Below the pieces are notes generated by a model, which did no database searches, had not been told where the DNA came from, and was given only the letters and a program-made list of their open reading frames with translations. Made by a program: the position numbers and the translations under genes. A DNA stretch of 29,790 bases from Thermodesulfobacteriota bacterium. Its GTDB lineage: Bacteria; Desulfobacterota; Syntrophia; Syntrophales; UBA5619. The stretch lies in the NCBI GenBank assembly GCA_040755475.1, contig JBFMBA010000047.1, forward strand, positions 1 to 29,790, given 5' to 3'. Numbering within the stretch: position 1 is the stretch's first letter; each line of letters opens with the position of its first letter. Below are positions 7,768 through 16,917 of this stretch, piece after piece.

Positions 7768-9108
7768 ATGCTCGGCCATTATGAAATGATCATTATCATC
7801 GCCGCGGTGCTCGCGCTGGTATTCGCCGGCGTGCACATCGCGATCGCGCTCGGCATCACGGCCGCCATCGGCATCTACCTCATGCAGGGCGACATGACCG
7901 TGGTGCGCACGTTCATCGCCAACACCGCCTATGAGGCGCTGAGGGACTATGTCTTCGCGGTCATCCCGCTGTTCATGCTGATGGGCGACCTGCTGGCCAA
8001 GTGCGGCGCCGCGCGCGACATCTATGCCCTGGCCAACCGGCTGAGCGGCTGGCTGCCGGCCCGGCTGGCCGTCGCGACCATTATCAGCAATGCGCTGTTC
8101 GGTTTCGTCACCGGCGTGAGCATCGCCTCGGCCGCCGCTTTTTCGCGCATCGCCTACCCGGAAATGCGCCGCTACGGCTACCGGCGCGATTTCGCGCTCG
8201 GCACGGTCGCCGGCAGCGCCTGCCTGGGCATGCTGATCCCGCCCTCGGTGCTGATGATCGTGTGGTGCATCCTGACCGAATTGTCGATCGGCAAGATGTT
8301 CCTCGCCGGTGTCATCCCGGGACTGGTCGCCGCCGGCGGCATGATCCTCTATGTGGTGATCGCGGCAATCCTGAAGCCCGAACTGGTCGGCGAAGGCCGC
8401 CTGAATCAGGCGCCCGGCACGGACAACACAGCCGACACGACCGACGAGGCCGGCCCGATCGGCGCCATGCTGTTCAGCACCCTGCTGGTGATCCTGCTGG
8501 TCGCCGGCGTCCTGGCGGCGATCTGGCTCGGCGTCTGCACGCCCACCGAAGGCGCCAGCGTGGGGGCGGTGGGCGCACTCATCCTGGCGGTCATCAAGGG
8601 CATCAAGCCGCGCGAAGTCTGGCATGTCATGCTCGACGTGGGCCGCACCTGCGGTCCGCTGCTGCTGCTTCTGTTCTGCGCGCAGCTCTATTCGCGCGTG
8701 CTGTCGATGACAGGATTTACCGAAGCCGCCAAGGCGGTGCTCTTGAGCACCGGCGCCGGCCCCTGGGGCATCCTCCTCATCATGGTCGGCATCTGGTTCG
8801 TGCTCGGCTGCCTGATCGACTCGATCTCCATCATCCTGCTCACGGTGCCGATCTTCGCACCCATCGCCGCCCATCTCGGATTCGATCCGCTCGCCTTCGC
8901 CATTATGGGGATCCTCGCCGTCGAAACCGGCCTGCTCACCCCGCCCTTCGGCATCCTGGTGTTCACGGTGAAGGCGGCAGCGCCCGACAAGAGCGTACAG
9001 CTGGCCGAGATTTTCCGGGGCGCGATTCCCTATTGGATCGTGCTGCTGGCGATCATCATTTTGCTGATGCTATTCCCGCAGTTTGCCACTTTTTTGCCAA
9101 GTCTTTAG
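7768..9108 (+). CDS. dctM: TRAP large permease (DctM)
   Basis: 446 aa, hydrophobic; AVIPLFMLMG, LGMLIPPS, TPTEGA and LLTPPFG motifs. Confidence 0.93.
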   Translation: MLGHYEMIIIIAAVLALVFAGVHIAIALGITAAIGIYLMQGDMTVVRTFIANTAYEALRDYVFAVIPLFMLMGDLLAKCGAARDIYALANRLSGWLPARLAVATIISNALFGFVTGVSIASAAAFSRIAYPEMRRYGYRRDFALGTVAGSACLGMLIPPSVLMIVWCILTELSIGKMFLAGVIPGLVAAGGMILYVVIAAILKPELVGEGRLNQAPGTDNTADTTDEAGPIGAMLFSTLLVILLVAGVLAAIWLGVCTPTEGASVGAVGALILAVIKGIKPREVWHVMLDVGRTCGPLLLLLFCAQLYSRVLSMTGFTEAAKAVLLSTGAGPWGILLIMVGIWFVLGCLIDSISIILLTVPIFAPIAAHLGFDPLAFAIMGILAVETGLLTPPFGILVFTVKAAAPDKSVQLAEIFRGAIPYWIVLLAIIILLMLFPQFATFLPSL

Positions 9109-9156
9109 TGTGATGTTGATCTACCGGACGCGGCGGCAACGCCGGGGAGGCAGGCT

Positions 9157-9864
9157 ATGAGCGGAGCGGCGCTTACCATCCTGGCCGCGGGAGCGACCGA
9201 GGCGGTCATCCGGGATGTGGCCGGAGCATTTGAAAGGAACAGCGGCCTGGAAGCCAGGCTGGCCTACGCGCCCGTGGGGGCGATCCGGGAGCGGATCTTC
9301 GCCGGTGAGCCGGCCGACCTGGCGATCGTCACGCCCGCAGTCATCGAAGAGCTGGGGGCCCGGGGGCTGGTGAGACCCGACACGGCTGTCCCGCTGGGCC
9401 ATGTGGGCGGCGGCATCGCCGTACGCAGAGGCGCCGCCCATCCTGCCGTCGAAACGCCCGAAGCGTTCAAAGCCGCGCTTCTGGCAGCGGAGGAGATCTA
9501 CCATGCCGATCCCCGGATCGGCACGGCCGGAGCCACTCTCCTGCGGGTGGCCGACGGGCTGGGCATCGGCGGCGAAGTGCGGAGGAAGGGGCGGACCGCC
9601 GGCGGCGGCAAGGCATCGATGGAGCGGATGGCCTTATCGACCGCCGTCGCCCTCGGCGTGACCCAGATCAGCGAGATCCTCGCCGTGAAGGAGGTCGACC
9701 TGGTCGGGCCCTATCCCGGCAGCCTGCAGTCCATGACTACCTACGCCGGAATCCTGCTCGAGAGCACCCTCCATCCGGAGGCGGCCCGGTCATTTCTGGC
9801 GTTCCTGTTGTCCCCGCCCGTCCGGGACCGGTTCGTACGGGGAGGGTTCGAACCGGTACCCTGA
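9157..9864 (+). CDS. ModA-like periplasmic-binding-fold protein, orphan, no signal peptide
   Basis: LTILAAGA, GEPADL, GIAVRRGA, ALLAA and LGVTQISEIL pattern of the ModA-like family. RBS GGAGG. No in-frame start codon between the dctM stop and 9157. Confidence 0.8.
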   Translation: MSGAALTILAAGATEAVIRDVAGAFERNSGLEARLAYAPVGAIRERIFAGEPADLAIVTPAVIEELGARGLVRPDTAVPLGHVGGGIAVRRGAAHPAVETPEAFKAALLAAEEIYHADPRIGTAGATLLRVADGLGIGGEVRRKGRTAGGGKASMERMALSTAVALGVTQISEILAVKEVDLVGPYPGSLQSMTTYAGILLESTLHPEAARSFLAFLLSPPVRDRFVRGGFEPVP

Positions 9865-9919
9865 AGGAAGGGGCCGGTCCCGACCGATGGCGGCCTTGCC
9901 CGCTGCCGATGCCAGGCGC

Positions 9920-10951
9920 CTACTCTTTGGGTCCGCCTTCACCCATCAGCCGGTCACCCGCATCATACCAGCGGCACTTGTCCCCATCGGCCCTCAGGCC
10001 GAACTCCTGTCCCGACAGGACGGGGCTGCCGGCGGGAACGGAAACACGGATCAGCCCGTCACCCAGCCTGGCCGTTATCTGCAGGCTTGCCCCGAGCATC
10101 TCGACGACGAGGGCCCGCGTCCTGAGCCCCGTGGCGTCGATCTGCAGATCCTCGGGGCGGATGCCCAGTTTCACCGCCCCGTCGGGCGGGCTCGCCCCGA
10201 GACCGGCAAAGAGCGCCGGATCGGAGACAAAATTCATGGGGGGCGTGCCGATGAATCCACCGACCATGACCGTCGCGGGGTACCGGTAGATCCTCTCCGG
10301 CCGGTCATACTGCTCGATCCCGCCCGAATGCATCACAGCGATCCGGTCGGCCAGGCTCAGCGCCTCGGTCTGGTCGTGCGTCACGTAGATCGTGGTGACC
10401 CCCCTTTCCTTCAGCAGCGCCTTGAGTTCGGACCGCATCTCCAGCCGCAGCAGTGCATCGAGATTCGACAGCGGCTCGTCCATGAGCAGGACGTCCGGCT
10501 CCACGGCCAGCGACCGCGCCACGGCCACCCGCTGCCGCTGACCGCCCGACAGCTGCCCCGGGTAGCGGTCCAGCAGGTTGCCGATCTGCATCATCTCGGC
10601 GGCGCTCTGAACCCTCTTTTCCGTGAGGTCGCCGGCAGCCTTTTTCATCCGGAGACCGAAGGCGATGTTTTCCCGGATCGTCATATGGGGGAAGACGGCG
10701 TAGTTCTGGAAGACCATGGCCAGGTTCCGCCGCTGCGGAGGCAGACGGTCCACCCGAGAGCCGCCGATGGACACGGAGCCGCCGTCGGCCGCCTCGAGCC
10801 CCGCGATGATCCGTAGCAGCGTCGTTTTCCCGCAACCCGAGGGGCCCAGAAGGACGCAGAGCTCGCGGTCCTTCACCTCCAGGGAGAGGGACCGGAGCAC
10901 CGGCTGCCCTTTGAACGCCTTTTGAATCGCCTCGACGCAGATGTCGCTCAT
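9920..10951 (-). CDS. CUT1 (MalK/UgpC-like) ABC ATPase
   Basis: Walker A GPSGCGKT, signature LSGGQRQR, Walker B LLMDEP, and VTHDQ. Confidence 0.95.
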   Translation of the reverse strand: MSDICVEAIQKAFKGQPVLRSLSLEVKDRELCVLLGPSGCGKTTLLRIIAGLEAADGGSVSIGGSRVDRLPPQRRNLAMVFQNYAVFPHMTIRENIAFGLRMKKAAGDLTEKRVQSAAEMMQIGNLLDRYPGQLSGGQRQRVAVARSLAVEPDVLLMDEPLSNLDALLRLEMRSELKALLKERGVTTIYVTHDQTEALSLADRIAVMHSGGIEQYDRPERIYRYPATVMVGGFIGTPPMNFVSDPALFAGLGASPPDGAVKLGIRPEDLQIDATGLRTRALVVEMLGASLQITARLGDGLIRVSVPAGSPVLSGQEFGLRADGDKCRWYDAGDRLMGEGGPKE

Positions 10952-11751
10952 TTATCCGAAATGCCCCACATGGAAAAGAGGTACTTGCGAACCGCAAAAA
11001 TGAAGACCAGCGAGGGGACGGTCAGGAAGAAACCGCCCGCCAGGCGGAAATGCAGGGGTGACTCCTCCAGGGACGCAAACAGAAAGGCCGTCAGGGTGCG
11101 CTGATTCAGGGTCAGGACGCTGGCGGCAAAAACCTCGTTCCAGGACACCACGAAGGCAAAGATCATCGTGGCGGCAAGGCCCGGCAGGGCCAGCGGCAGA
11201 ACGATCCGGGCAAAGGACCGGATCTTGCCGCACCCCAGCGTCCAGGACGCCTCCTCCAGCTCCCGGGGGATCCCCATGAAGAGGCTGGACGACACAAGGA
11301 TGGAAAAGGGGAGCGCCAGCGCGGTATGGACGAGGGCGACTCCCAGGTGCGTGTCGTAGAGGCCCACACTGATGAAACGGGTGACCAGGGGGAGCGACAG
11401 GATGGCCAGGGGAAAGGCACGCGTCATCACGATCAGCATCCGGAACAGGTTCTGTCCCTTGAAATGGAACCGGGCCAGGGAATACCCGGCAGGGGCGCCC
11501 AGGGCGATGGAAAAGACCATGGTGAGGGCCGCGACGATCGCGCTGTTGATCACCGCGTCCCAAACGCCCGCCACCTGAACGAAGAAGCGCAGCGTCTCCC
11601 AGGACAGTGCGGCCGGCAGCCAGGATTTTGGCCAGGCCAGCAGGTCCGCCTCGGGCGAGAGGGCGCTGACCGCGATCGCATAAACCGGCATGAGCCACAG
11701 CAGGGCGAGCGCGCTTGCCATCCAGAATTGACGCTCTGCGGAACGTTTCAT
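10948..11751 (-). CDS. Carbohydrate ABC permease (MalG-like)
   Basis: GYSLARFHF, EAA loop ELEEASWTLG, and SWNE motif. Confidence 0.93.
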   Translation of the reverse strand: MKRSAERQFWMASALALLWLMPVYAIAVSALSPEADLLAWPKSWLPAALSWETLRFFVQVAGVWDAVINSAIVAALTMVFSIALGAPAGYSLARFHFKGQNLFRMLIVMTRAFPLAILSLPLVTRFISVGLYDTHLGVALVHTALALPFSILVSSSLFMGIPRELEEASWTLGCGKIRSFARIVLPLALPGLAATMIFAFVVSWNEVFAASVLTLNQRTLTAFLFASLEESPLHFRLAGGFFLTVPSLVFIFAVRKYLFSMWGISDK

Positions 11752-12608
11752 GAGAGCGTCTCCCGGCGGACCCTCAGCGCCTTGAGGTAGACGAAGGTGG
11801 CGGCGATGGAGATCGTGAGAATGAAAAGGGCGTAGGCGGAGGCCACGTGGGTGTTCTGATAGGCGCCCTGCCAGTTGTACGCCTCCCCCACCAGCACCGG
11901 GAAATCACGCCCGGCCAGGGCATAGACCACGGCGAACACTTCGAAGGCGAGCACGGTGCGCAGGATCAGCGCCGACTGTACGGTGGGCTTGAGCAGCGGC
12001 AGCGTGACCCGGCGGAACTTCTGCCACGGCGAGGCCCCGAGGACCTCGGCCGCCTCGCCGTACTCCCGGGGGATGAGCTGCCAGCCCGCCACCACGATGA
12101 CCAGGACGATCGCCGTGGCGCGCCAGACCTCGGCAATGAATATGCACAGAAACAGCGCCAGGGGATGGCGGTAGCTGAGCCAGTTCACCGGCTGGTCCAC
12201 GATGCCGGCCATGTGCAGGATGGTGTTGAAATAGCCCCGGTCGCCCAGGATGCTCAGCCAGGCCAGACCCGCGGCCAGATCCGATATCCCCAGGGAAACG
12301 GTCCAGATGTACAGAAAAACCGAGCGCCCGCGGGGGATCCGGTCCAGCAGGGACGCCATGCCCAGGGCGAGCGCCAGCTGGACCGGAACGACGGCCGCCA
12401 CCAGCAGCAGCGTGTTCTTCAGGGAGACCGTAAAGTTGAGGTCGCCGATCATCTTGCGCAGATGCACGGCGGTCCAGCCCCGGCCGGGCTCGCGAAAGGC
12501 CATGAGCGCCGTTTCGGTGAGCGGCCACAGGAACAGCAGCGCCAGAAAAACCACGCTCGGCGCGATCAAGCCATAGGCAACCCATTCCGGACTTCGCCCG
12601 ACTTTCAC
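11748..12608 (-). CDS. Carbohydrate ABC permease (MalF-like)
   Basis: EAA loop EYGEAAEVLGASPWQKFRRVTLPLLKP. GTG 12608 is chosen for GGAG spacing (alternative GTG 12617). Confidence 0.9.
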   Translation of the reverse strand: MKVGRSPEWVAYGLIAPSVVFLALLFLWPLTETALMAFREPGRGWTAVHLRKMIGDLNFTVSLKNTLLLVAAVVPVQLALALGMASLLDRIPRGRSVFLYIWTVSLGISDLAAGLAWLSILGDRGYFNTILHMAGIVDQPVNWLSYRHPLALFLCIFIAEVWRATAIVLVIVVAGWQLIPREYGEAAEVLGASPWQKFRRVTLPLLKPTVQSALILRTVLAFEVFAVVYALAGRDFPVLVGEAYNWQGAYQNTHVASAYALFILTISIAATFVYLKALRVRRETLS

Positions 12609-12626
12609 GATTCTCACTCCGCAGCT

Positions 12627-13898
12627 TCACTCGACGGGGCAGGGCCGGCCGCCCGAGCTTTCATCGGGCGCCCAGCAGGGGGCGCCCGCCTCCCTCATCA
12701 CCTCCCGGAGCGCATCGGCCTGCCGGTTCAGCACGGCGGGGATCGGTTCATTGCGCACAATGATGCGCTGGAATGTATCGATGAACACCTTGTTGAACTC
12801 GCCGTTGCGTGCGCCCAGGCCGACGGGTATCTTGGCCGCCCTGCCGTCGCCGGCACCGAAGGTCTTTGAAACCGCATCGGCCGCGACACGGATGCCGGGG
12901 GAAAGCCGTCCCACATCCGCCCGGACTGCGGGGAAAAACCCCACTTCCCTCAGCGCCAGCGCCTGGATGTCGGGCCGTGTCAGGTGGTCGATCAGACGAA
13001 CCGCCGCGCCGCGATCGGGCGTGTTTTTCGGGATCGCCAGGCCCGCGAGGATCGGCATGTAGTAGCGGCCCTTCGGACCGGCGGGCACCGGAAAAGCGAC
13101 GAACTCCCCCGGCCTCTCCCTGAGCGCCGGCAGCAGGCGCGCCGTGTGGTCGAAGGCGATCCAGACATCGCCGGTTCTGAGAGGCTCTTCCATGAAGCTG
13201 TAGGCCGTCGAGCGCGAATTCGTGTATCGCCAGAGCTCTTTCAGATCGGTCCACAGCCGCTCGGCGTCAGGCGTCCTGAAGGTGCGCACCAGACCGCCCG
13301 TGTAGTCGGGATAGAGGTAGCCCTGAAAAAACCGGTGCAGCAAACCTTTGGGACCCGCCGGCAGGCCGAACTTCGCCGAACCGGTGGCCTGCCTGAGGTT
13401 CTTGGACCATTCAATCAGCTGAACCCAGGTGAGGCGATCGATATCGGCCCCTTTCGGCAGGTAGGGAAGGGCCTTTTTGTTCGCCACCATGATGTAGGTA
13501 TTGGTCAGGAAGGGAACGAACCGAAAGGCCCGGCCGCCCATTTTCGCCAGGGCCAGCGATCCGGCAGAAAACTCCCGGCTTGTCGACAGCTGTGCGATCA
13601 CGTCATCGACATCCGACAGCCCTCCAATGGCGTCCAGCGGCTCCAGTTCGCCCTCCAGCGCGATCGTGGCGTGCACCTCTCCCTTTGCCGCCGCCAGCTC
13701 CGCCTGCATTCGCGTCTGGTAGGTGTTCGGATCCTCGGGAATGAAACGGACCGGATCGGCGGCTCCCTTCAGAAGCACGGTGCGCATCTTCTGGGCCTCT
13801 TCGATGGGACGCAGCTGGGTCGATACGACGGTGGTCTGGGCCGCCGCACCGGCGGTCAGCAGGAACAGGAACGCCGCACCGAAAATAAAAGCTCTCAT
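12627..13898 (-). CDS. Carbohydrate ABC substrate-binding protein
   Basis: Signal peptide MRAFIFGAAFLFLLTAGAAA-Q, about 420 aa, AGLAIPKN motif; first gene of the CUT1 operon. Confidence 0.88.
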   Translation of the reverse strand: MRAFIFGAAFLFLLTAGAAAQTTVVSTQLRPIEEAQKMRTVLLKGAADPVRFIPEDPNTYQTRMQAELAAAKGEVHATIALEGELEPLDAIGGLSDVDDVIAQLSTSREFSAGSLALAKMGGRAFRFVPFLTNTYIMVANKKALPYLPKGADIDRLTWVQLIEWSKNLRQATGSAKFGLPAGPKGLLHRFFQGYLYPDYTGGLVRTFRTPDAERLWTDLKELWRYTNSRSTAYSFMEEPLRTGDVWIAFDHTARLLPALRERPGEFVAFPVPAGPKGRYYMPILAGLAIPKNTPDRGAAVRLIDHLTRPDIQALALREVGFFPAVRADVGRLSPGIRVAADAVSKTFGAGDGRAAKIPVGLGARNGEFNKVFIDTFQRIIVRNEPIPAVLNRQADALREVMREAGAPCWAPDESSGGRPCPVE

Positions 13899-14030
13899 GG
13901 GATGCCCCCGTTTTCCCGTACACATGAAAGAGGTGATCGCCTGTGAAATCTCTCGTCCCCGGCAGGCCGTCGGGGCGGCCTTCCCTCGCGGGCGCAGCGC
14001 CCGACCCGCAGCCGTCGGAATGACAGGCCC

Positions 14031-14059
14031 ACTATAGGAAAACGGCGTATCCTTGTCAA
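14031..14059 (-). promoter_or_regulatory. Near-consensus sigma70 promoter for the sugar ABC operon
   Basis: TTGACA-17 bp-TATAGT on the minus strand. Confidence 0.75.
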
Positions 14060-14084
14060 GGCGGTTTCGGGTGCAAAATTCTCC

Positions 14085-14113
14085 TTGACATGCCGGAACC
14101 CTTTACATATCGT
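14085..14113 (+). promoter_or_regulatory. sigma70 promoter for the NitT/TauT ABC operon
   Basis: TTGACA-17 bp-TATCGT. Confidence 0.7.
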
Positions 14114-14165
14114 CATTGCCGTTCACGCGTCAGTTCCAATCAATCAAAAAAAGGGAGGGCCGATC

Positions 14166-15170
14166 ATGAAGAGGATCCTGAATTCGGGTGTGGTGGGGTG
14201 TATGCTGGTCCTGGCTTTTTCCACAGGGGCTGTGGCAGAGACCAAGGAATTGCGTTTGGCCAAGCAGTACGGACTGGGCTACCTCCAGATGATCATCATG
14301 GAGGACCTGAAACTGGTGGAAAAGCACGCCAAGGCGGCGGGTCTGGGTGACATCAAGGTCTCCTGGTCCACGTTCCGGTCGAGCGACGTGATGAACGACG
14401 CCCTGATTTCGGGGAACCTCGATTTCGGCAGCCTCGGAACCAACGGCCTGGCCATCATCTGGGCCAAGACGAAGGGCACGCCCGTTGAGGTGAAAGGGGC
14501 CGCCGGGTTCAACCACCTCCACCTGGCACTGATCACCCGTGATCCCAAGGTGAAGTCCATCACCGATTACACGGAAAAGCACAAGATCGCGGTGCCGGCG
14601 GTGCGCGTTTCCAACCAGGCCCTCCTGCTCCAGATGGCGGCGGCCAAGCAGTTCGGAATGGCCAACTACACAAAACTGGACCCCCTCACCGTCTCCATGA
14701 CCCACCCCGACGCCATGACCGCCCTGCTCTCCGGGGCGGGGGAGATCACCAGCCACTTCGCTTCGGCCCCCTTTCTCCAGCGGGAGCTTGAAAAACCCGG
14801 CCTCCACCAGGTCATCAGCTCGCTGGATATCGTCGGCCCCATCAACTTCAACGTCGTGGCGACCACCACCAAATTCTACAACGCCAACCCCAAAGCCTAC
14901 GGCGCGTACCTGGCCGCCCTGCAGGAAGCCACGGACCTGATCAACAAGGACAAGCGGGCCGCGGCCGAGACATACATCCGGGTGACCAAGGACAAGAGCT
15001 CCGTCGATGCGATCCTGAAGATCATGACCGCGCCGGGCAACGAATACAATGTCGGCAGGACCCCCGATGGAGACATGCGGATCGTGGATTTCATGTACAG
15101 GATCGGCTCGATCAAGGTGAAGGCGGAATCCTTCAGCGACCTCCTCTTTCCCGGCCAGAAGGGAAAGTAG
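14166..15170 (+). CDS. NitT/TauT-family ABC substrate-binding protein
   Basis: Signal peptide (AVA-E), MNDALISGNLDF motif, RBS GGGAGG; followed by a TauB-like ATPase and TauC-like permease. Confidence 0.85.
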   Translation: MKRILNSGVVGCMLVLAFSTGAVAETKELRLAKQYGLGYLQMIIMEDLKLVEKHAKAAGLGDIKVSWSTFRSSDVMNDALISGNLDFGSLGTNGLAIIWAKTKGTPVEVKGAAGFNHLHLALITRDPKVKSITDYTEKHKIAVPAVRVSNQALLLQMAAAKQFGMANYTKLDPLTVSMTHPDAMTALLSGAGEITSHFASAPFLQRELEKPGLHQVISSLDIVGPINFNVVATTTKFYNANPKAYGAYLAALQEATDLINKDKRAAAETYIRVTKDKSSVDAILKIMTAPGNEYNVGRTPDGDMRIVDFMYRIGSIKVKAESFSDLLFPGQKGK

Positions 15171-15177
15171 GGAATCC

Positions 15178-15969
15178 ATGGACGTCGAATCAGACCGCGC
15201 GCCGCTGCTGGACGTGCAGGGCGTCACGCTCCAGTACCGAACGCGCGACCATGTGGTCACCGCCACCTACCGCGTCGACTTCCAGGTTCACCAGTCGGAT
15301 CGCTTCGTCCTGCTGGGACCCTCCGGATGCGGGAAGTCGACCCTGCTCAAGGCGGTGGGCGGGTTCCTGACCCCGGTCGAGGGCGAAATCCGCCTGCGGG
15401 GCGAGCCCATCCGGAAGCCCGGGCCCGACAGGATGATCGTCTTCCAGGAGTTCGATCAGCTTCTTCCCTGGAAGACGGTGAAGCAGAATGTGACCTTCGC
15501 CCTGCAGACCAGCGGCCTGCTGTCGGGCAGGGCGGCGGAGGAGCGCGCCCTGCAGTCCATCGACAAGGTGGGCCTCACCCGGTTCGCCCATGCCTATCCC
15601 CACACGCTTTCCGGCGGCATGAAGCAGCGCGTGGCCATTGCCAGGGCCATGGCCATGGAGCCGGCCATACTGCTCATGGACGAACCCTTCGCCGCCCTGG
15701 ATGCCCTGACCCGCCGCAAGATGCAGGACGAGCTTCTCCAGCTCTGGGACGATACGCGCTTCACCGTCCTTTTCGTCACCCATTCGATCCCCGAGGCGGT
15801 CATCATCGGCAACCGAATCCTGCTGCTGTCGCCACACCCCGGCCAGGTCAAGGCAGAGCTGAACAGCGTCCCCAGGAGGGAAGCCGACGCCCTGCGCCGC
15901 AAATCGCTGGAAGACCAGATCCACCAGATGCTCTTTTCGGATCAGGTGGAAGAGACGAAGGAGCCGTGA
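15178..15969 (+). CDS. NitT/TauT-family ABC ATPase
   Basis: GPSGCGKST, LLPWKTV, LSGGMKQR, LLMDEPFAALDA and FVTHS. Confidence 0.94.
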   Translation: MDVESDRAPLLDVQGVTLQYRTRDHVVTATYRVDFQVHQSDRFVLLGPSGCGKSTLLKAVGGFLTPVEGEIRLRGEPIRKPGPDRMIVFQEFDQLLPWKTVKQNVTFALQTSGLLSGRAAEERALQSIDKVGLTRFAHAYPHTLSGGMKQRVAIARAMAMEPAILLMDEPFAALDALTRRKMQDELLQLWDDTRFTVLFVTHSIPEAVIIGNRILLLSPHPGQVKAELNSVPRREADALRRKSLEDQIHQMLFSDQVEETKEP

Positions 15970-16859
15970 TGGGCCAGAGCAACGCTCCCGAGAAGATGAC
16001 CCTTCCCGATCGCCCGGACAGGCGCTTCCAGACCCTCCCGCCGGAGGCGCTGGGGGTGGTGGCCAAGCCTCTTTCCTTCAGCGAGAAAGCCTGGAACAAC
16101 GGCGCCCTGCGCAAGACCCTGCTGCTGATCCTTCTCGGCATGATCTGGGAAGGATACGCCCGGATCATCAACAACCCCCTGCTGGTTCCCACCTTCAGCT
16201 CAACGGTCTCGGCCTTCGCGGAGGGTTTTACCTCGGGCGTGCTGATCCAACGGGTGGCCTATTCGATCCGGGTGCTGCTCATGGGCTATGCAGCCGGCAT
16301 CGCCCTGGCGACGGTGCTTACCGCTTTCTCCGTCATCTCCCGGATTGGAACCGATCTGCTGGAGACGCTCAGCGCCATGTTCAACCCCCTGCCGGCCATT
16401 GCCCTCCTGCCCCTGGCGCTGCTCTGGTTCGGGTTGGGAAACCCGAGCCTGATGTTCGTCATGGTCCACTCGGTGCTCTGGCCGGTGGCGCTCAACACCC
16501 ACTCGGGCTTCAGGGCCGTCTCGAGCACCCTGCGCATGGTGGGGCAGAACTGCGGCCTGCACGGCCTGGGCTACGTCCTGCGGCTTCTGATACCGGCGGC
16601 TTTTCCGAGCATTCTGACCGGGCTCAAGATCGGGTGGGCCTTTGCGTGGCGCACCCTGATCGCCGCGGAGCTGGTGTTCGGCGTGAGCGCGGGGCAGGGT
16701 GGGCTGGGCTGGTTCATCTTTGAAAACAAGAACCAGCTCGAGATCCCGAGCGTCTTCGCGGGGCTGTTCTGCGTGATCCTCATCGGCCTGGCAGTGGAAA
16801 ACCTGATCTTCCGGAACATCGAACTTCGGACCGTCAGGCGGTGGGGGATGCAGGGGTGA
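15969..16859 (+). CDS. NitT/TauT-family ABC permease
   Basis: Starts at a TGATG overlap with the ATPase; PLPAIALLP, PAAFPSIL and AWRTLIAAEL motifs. Confidence 0.92.
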   Translation: MGQSNAPEKMTLPDRPDRRFQTLPPEALGVVAKPLSFSEKAWNNGALRKTLLLILLGMIWEGYARIINNPLLVPTFSSTVSAFAEGFTSGVLIQRVAYSIRVLLMGYAAGIALATVLTAFSVISRIGTDLLETLSAMFNPLPAIALLPLALLWFGLGNPSLMFVMVHSVLWPVALNTHSGFRAVSSTLRMVGQNCGLHGLGYVLRLLIPAAFPSILTGLKIGWAFAWRTLIAAELVFGVSAGQGGLGWFIFENKNQLEIPSVFAGLFCVILIGLAVENLIFRNIELRTVRRWGMQG

Positions 16860-16917
16860 CAGATGCCGGCGGCGGCCGGAGCGCCCCGCTGAAATTCCCT
16901 CGACAGGAGAAAACAGG

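Noticed and set aside
9157-9864. Calling this gene modA
   Set aside because: It has no signal peptide and no modB/modC nearby.
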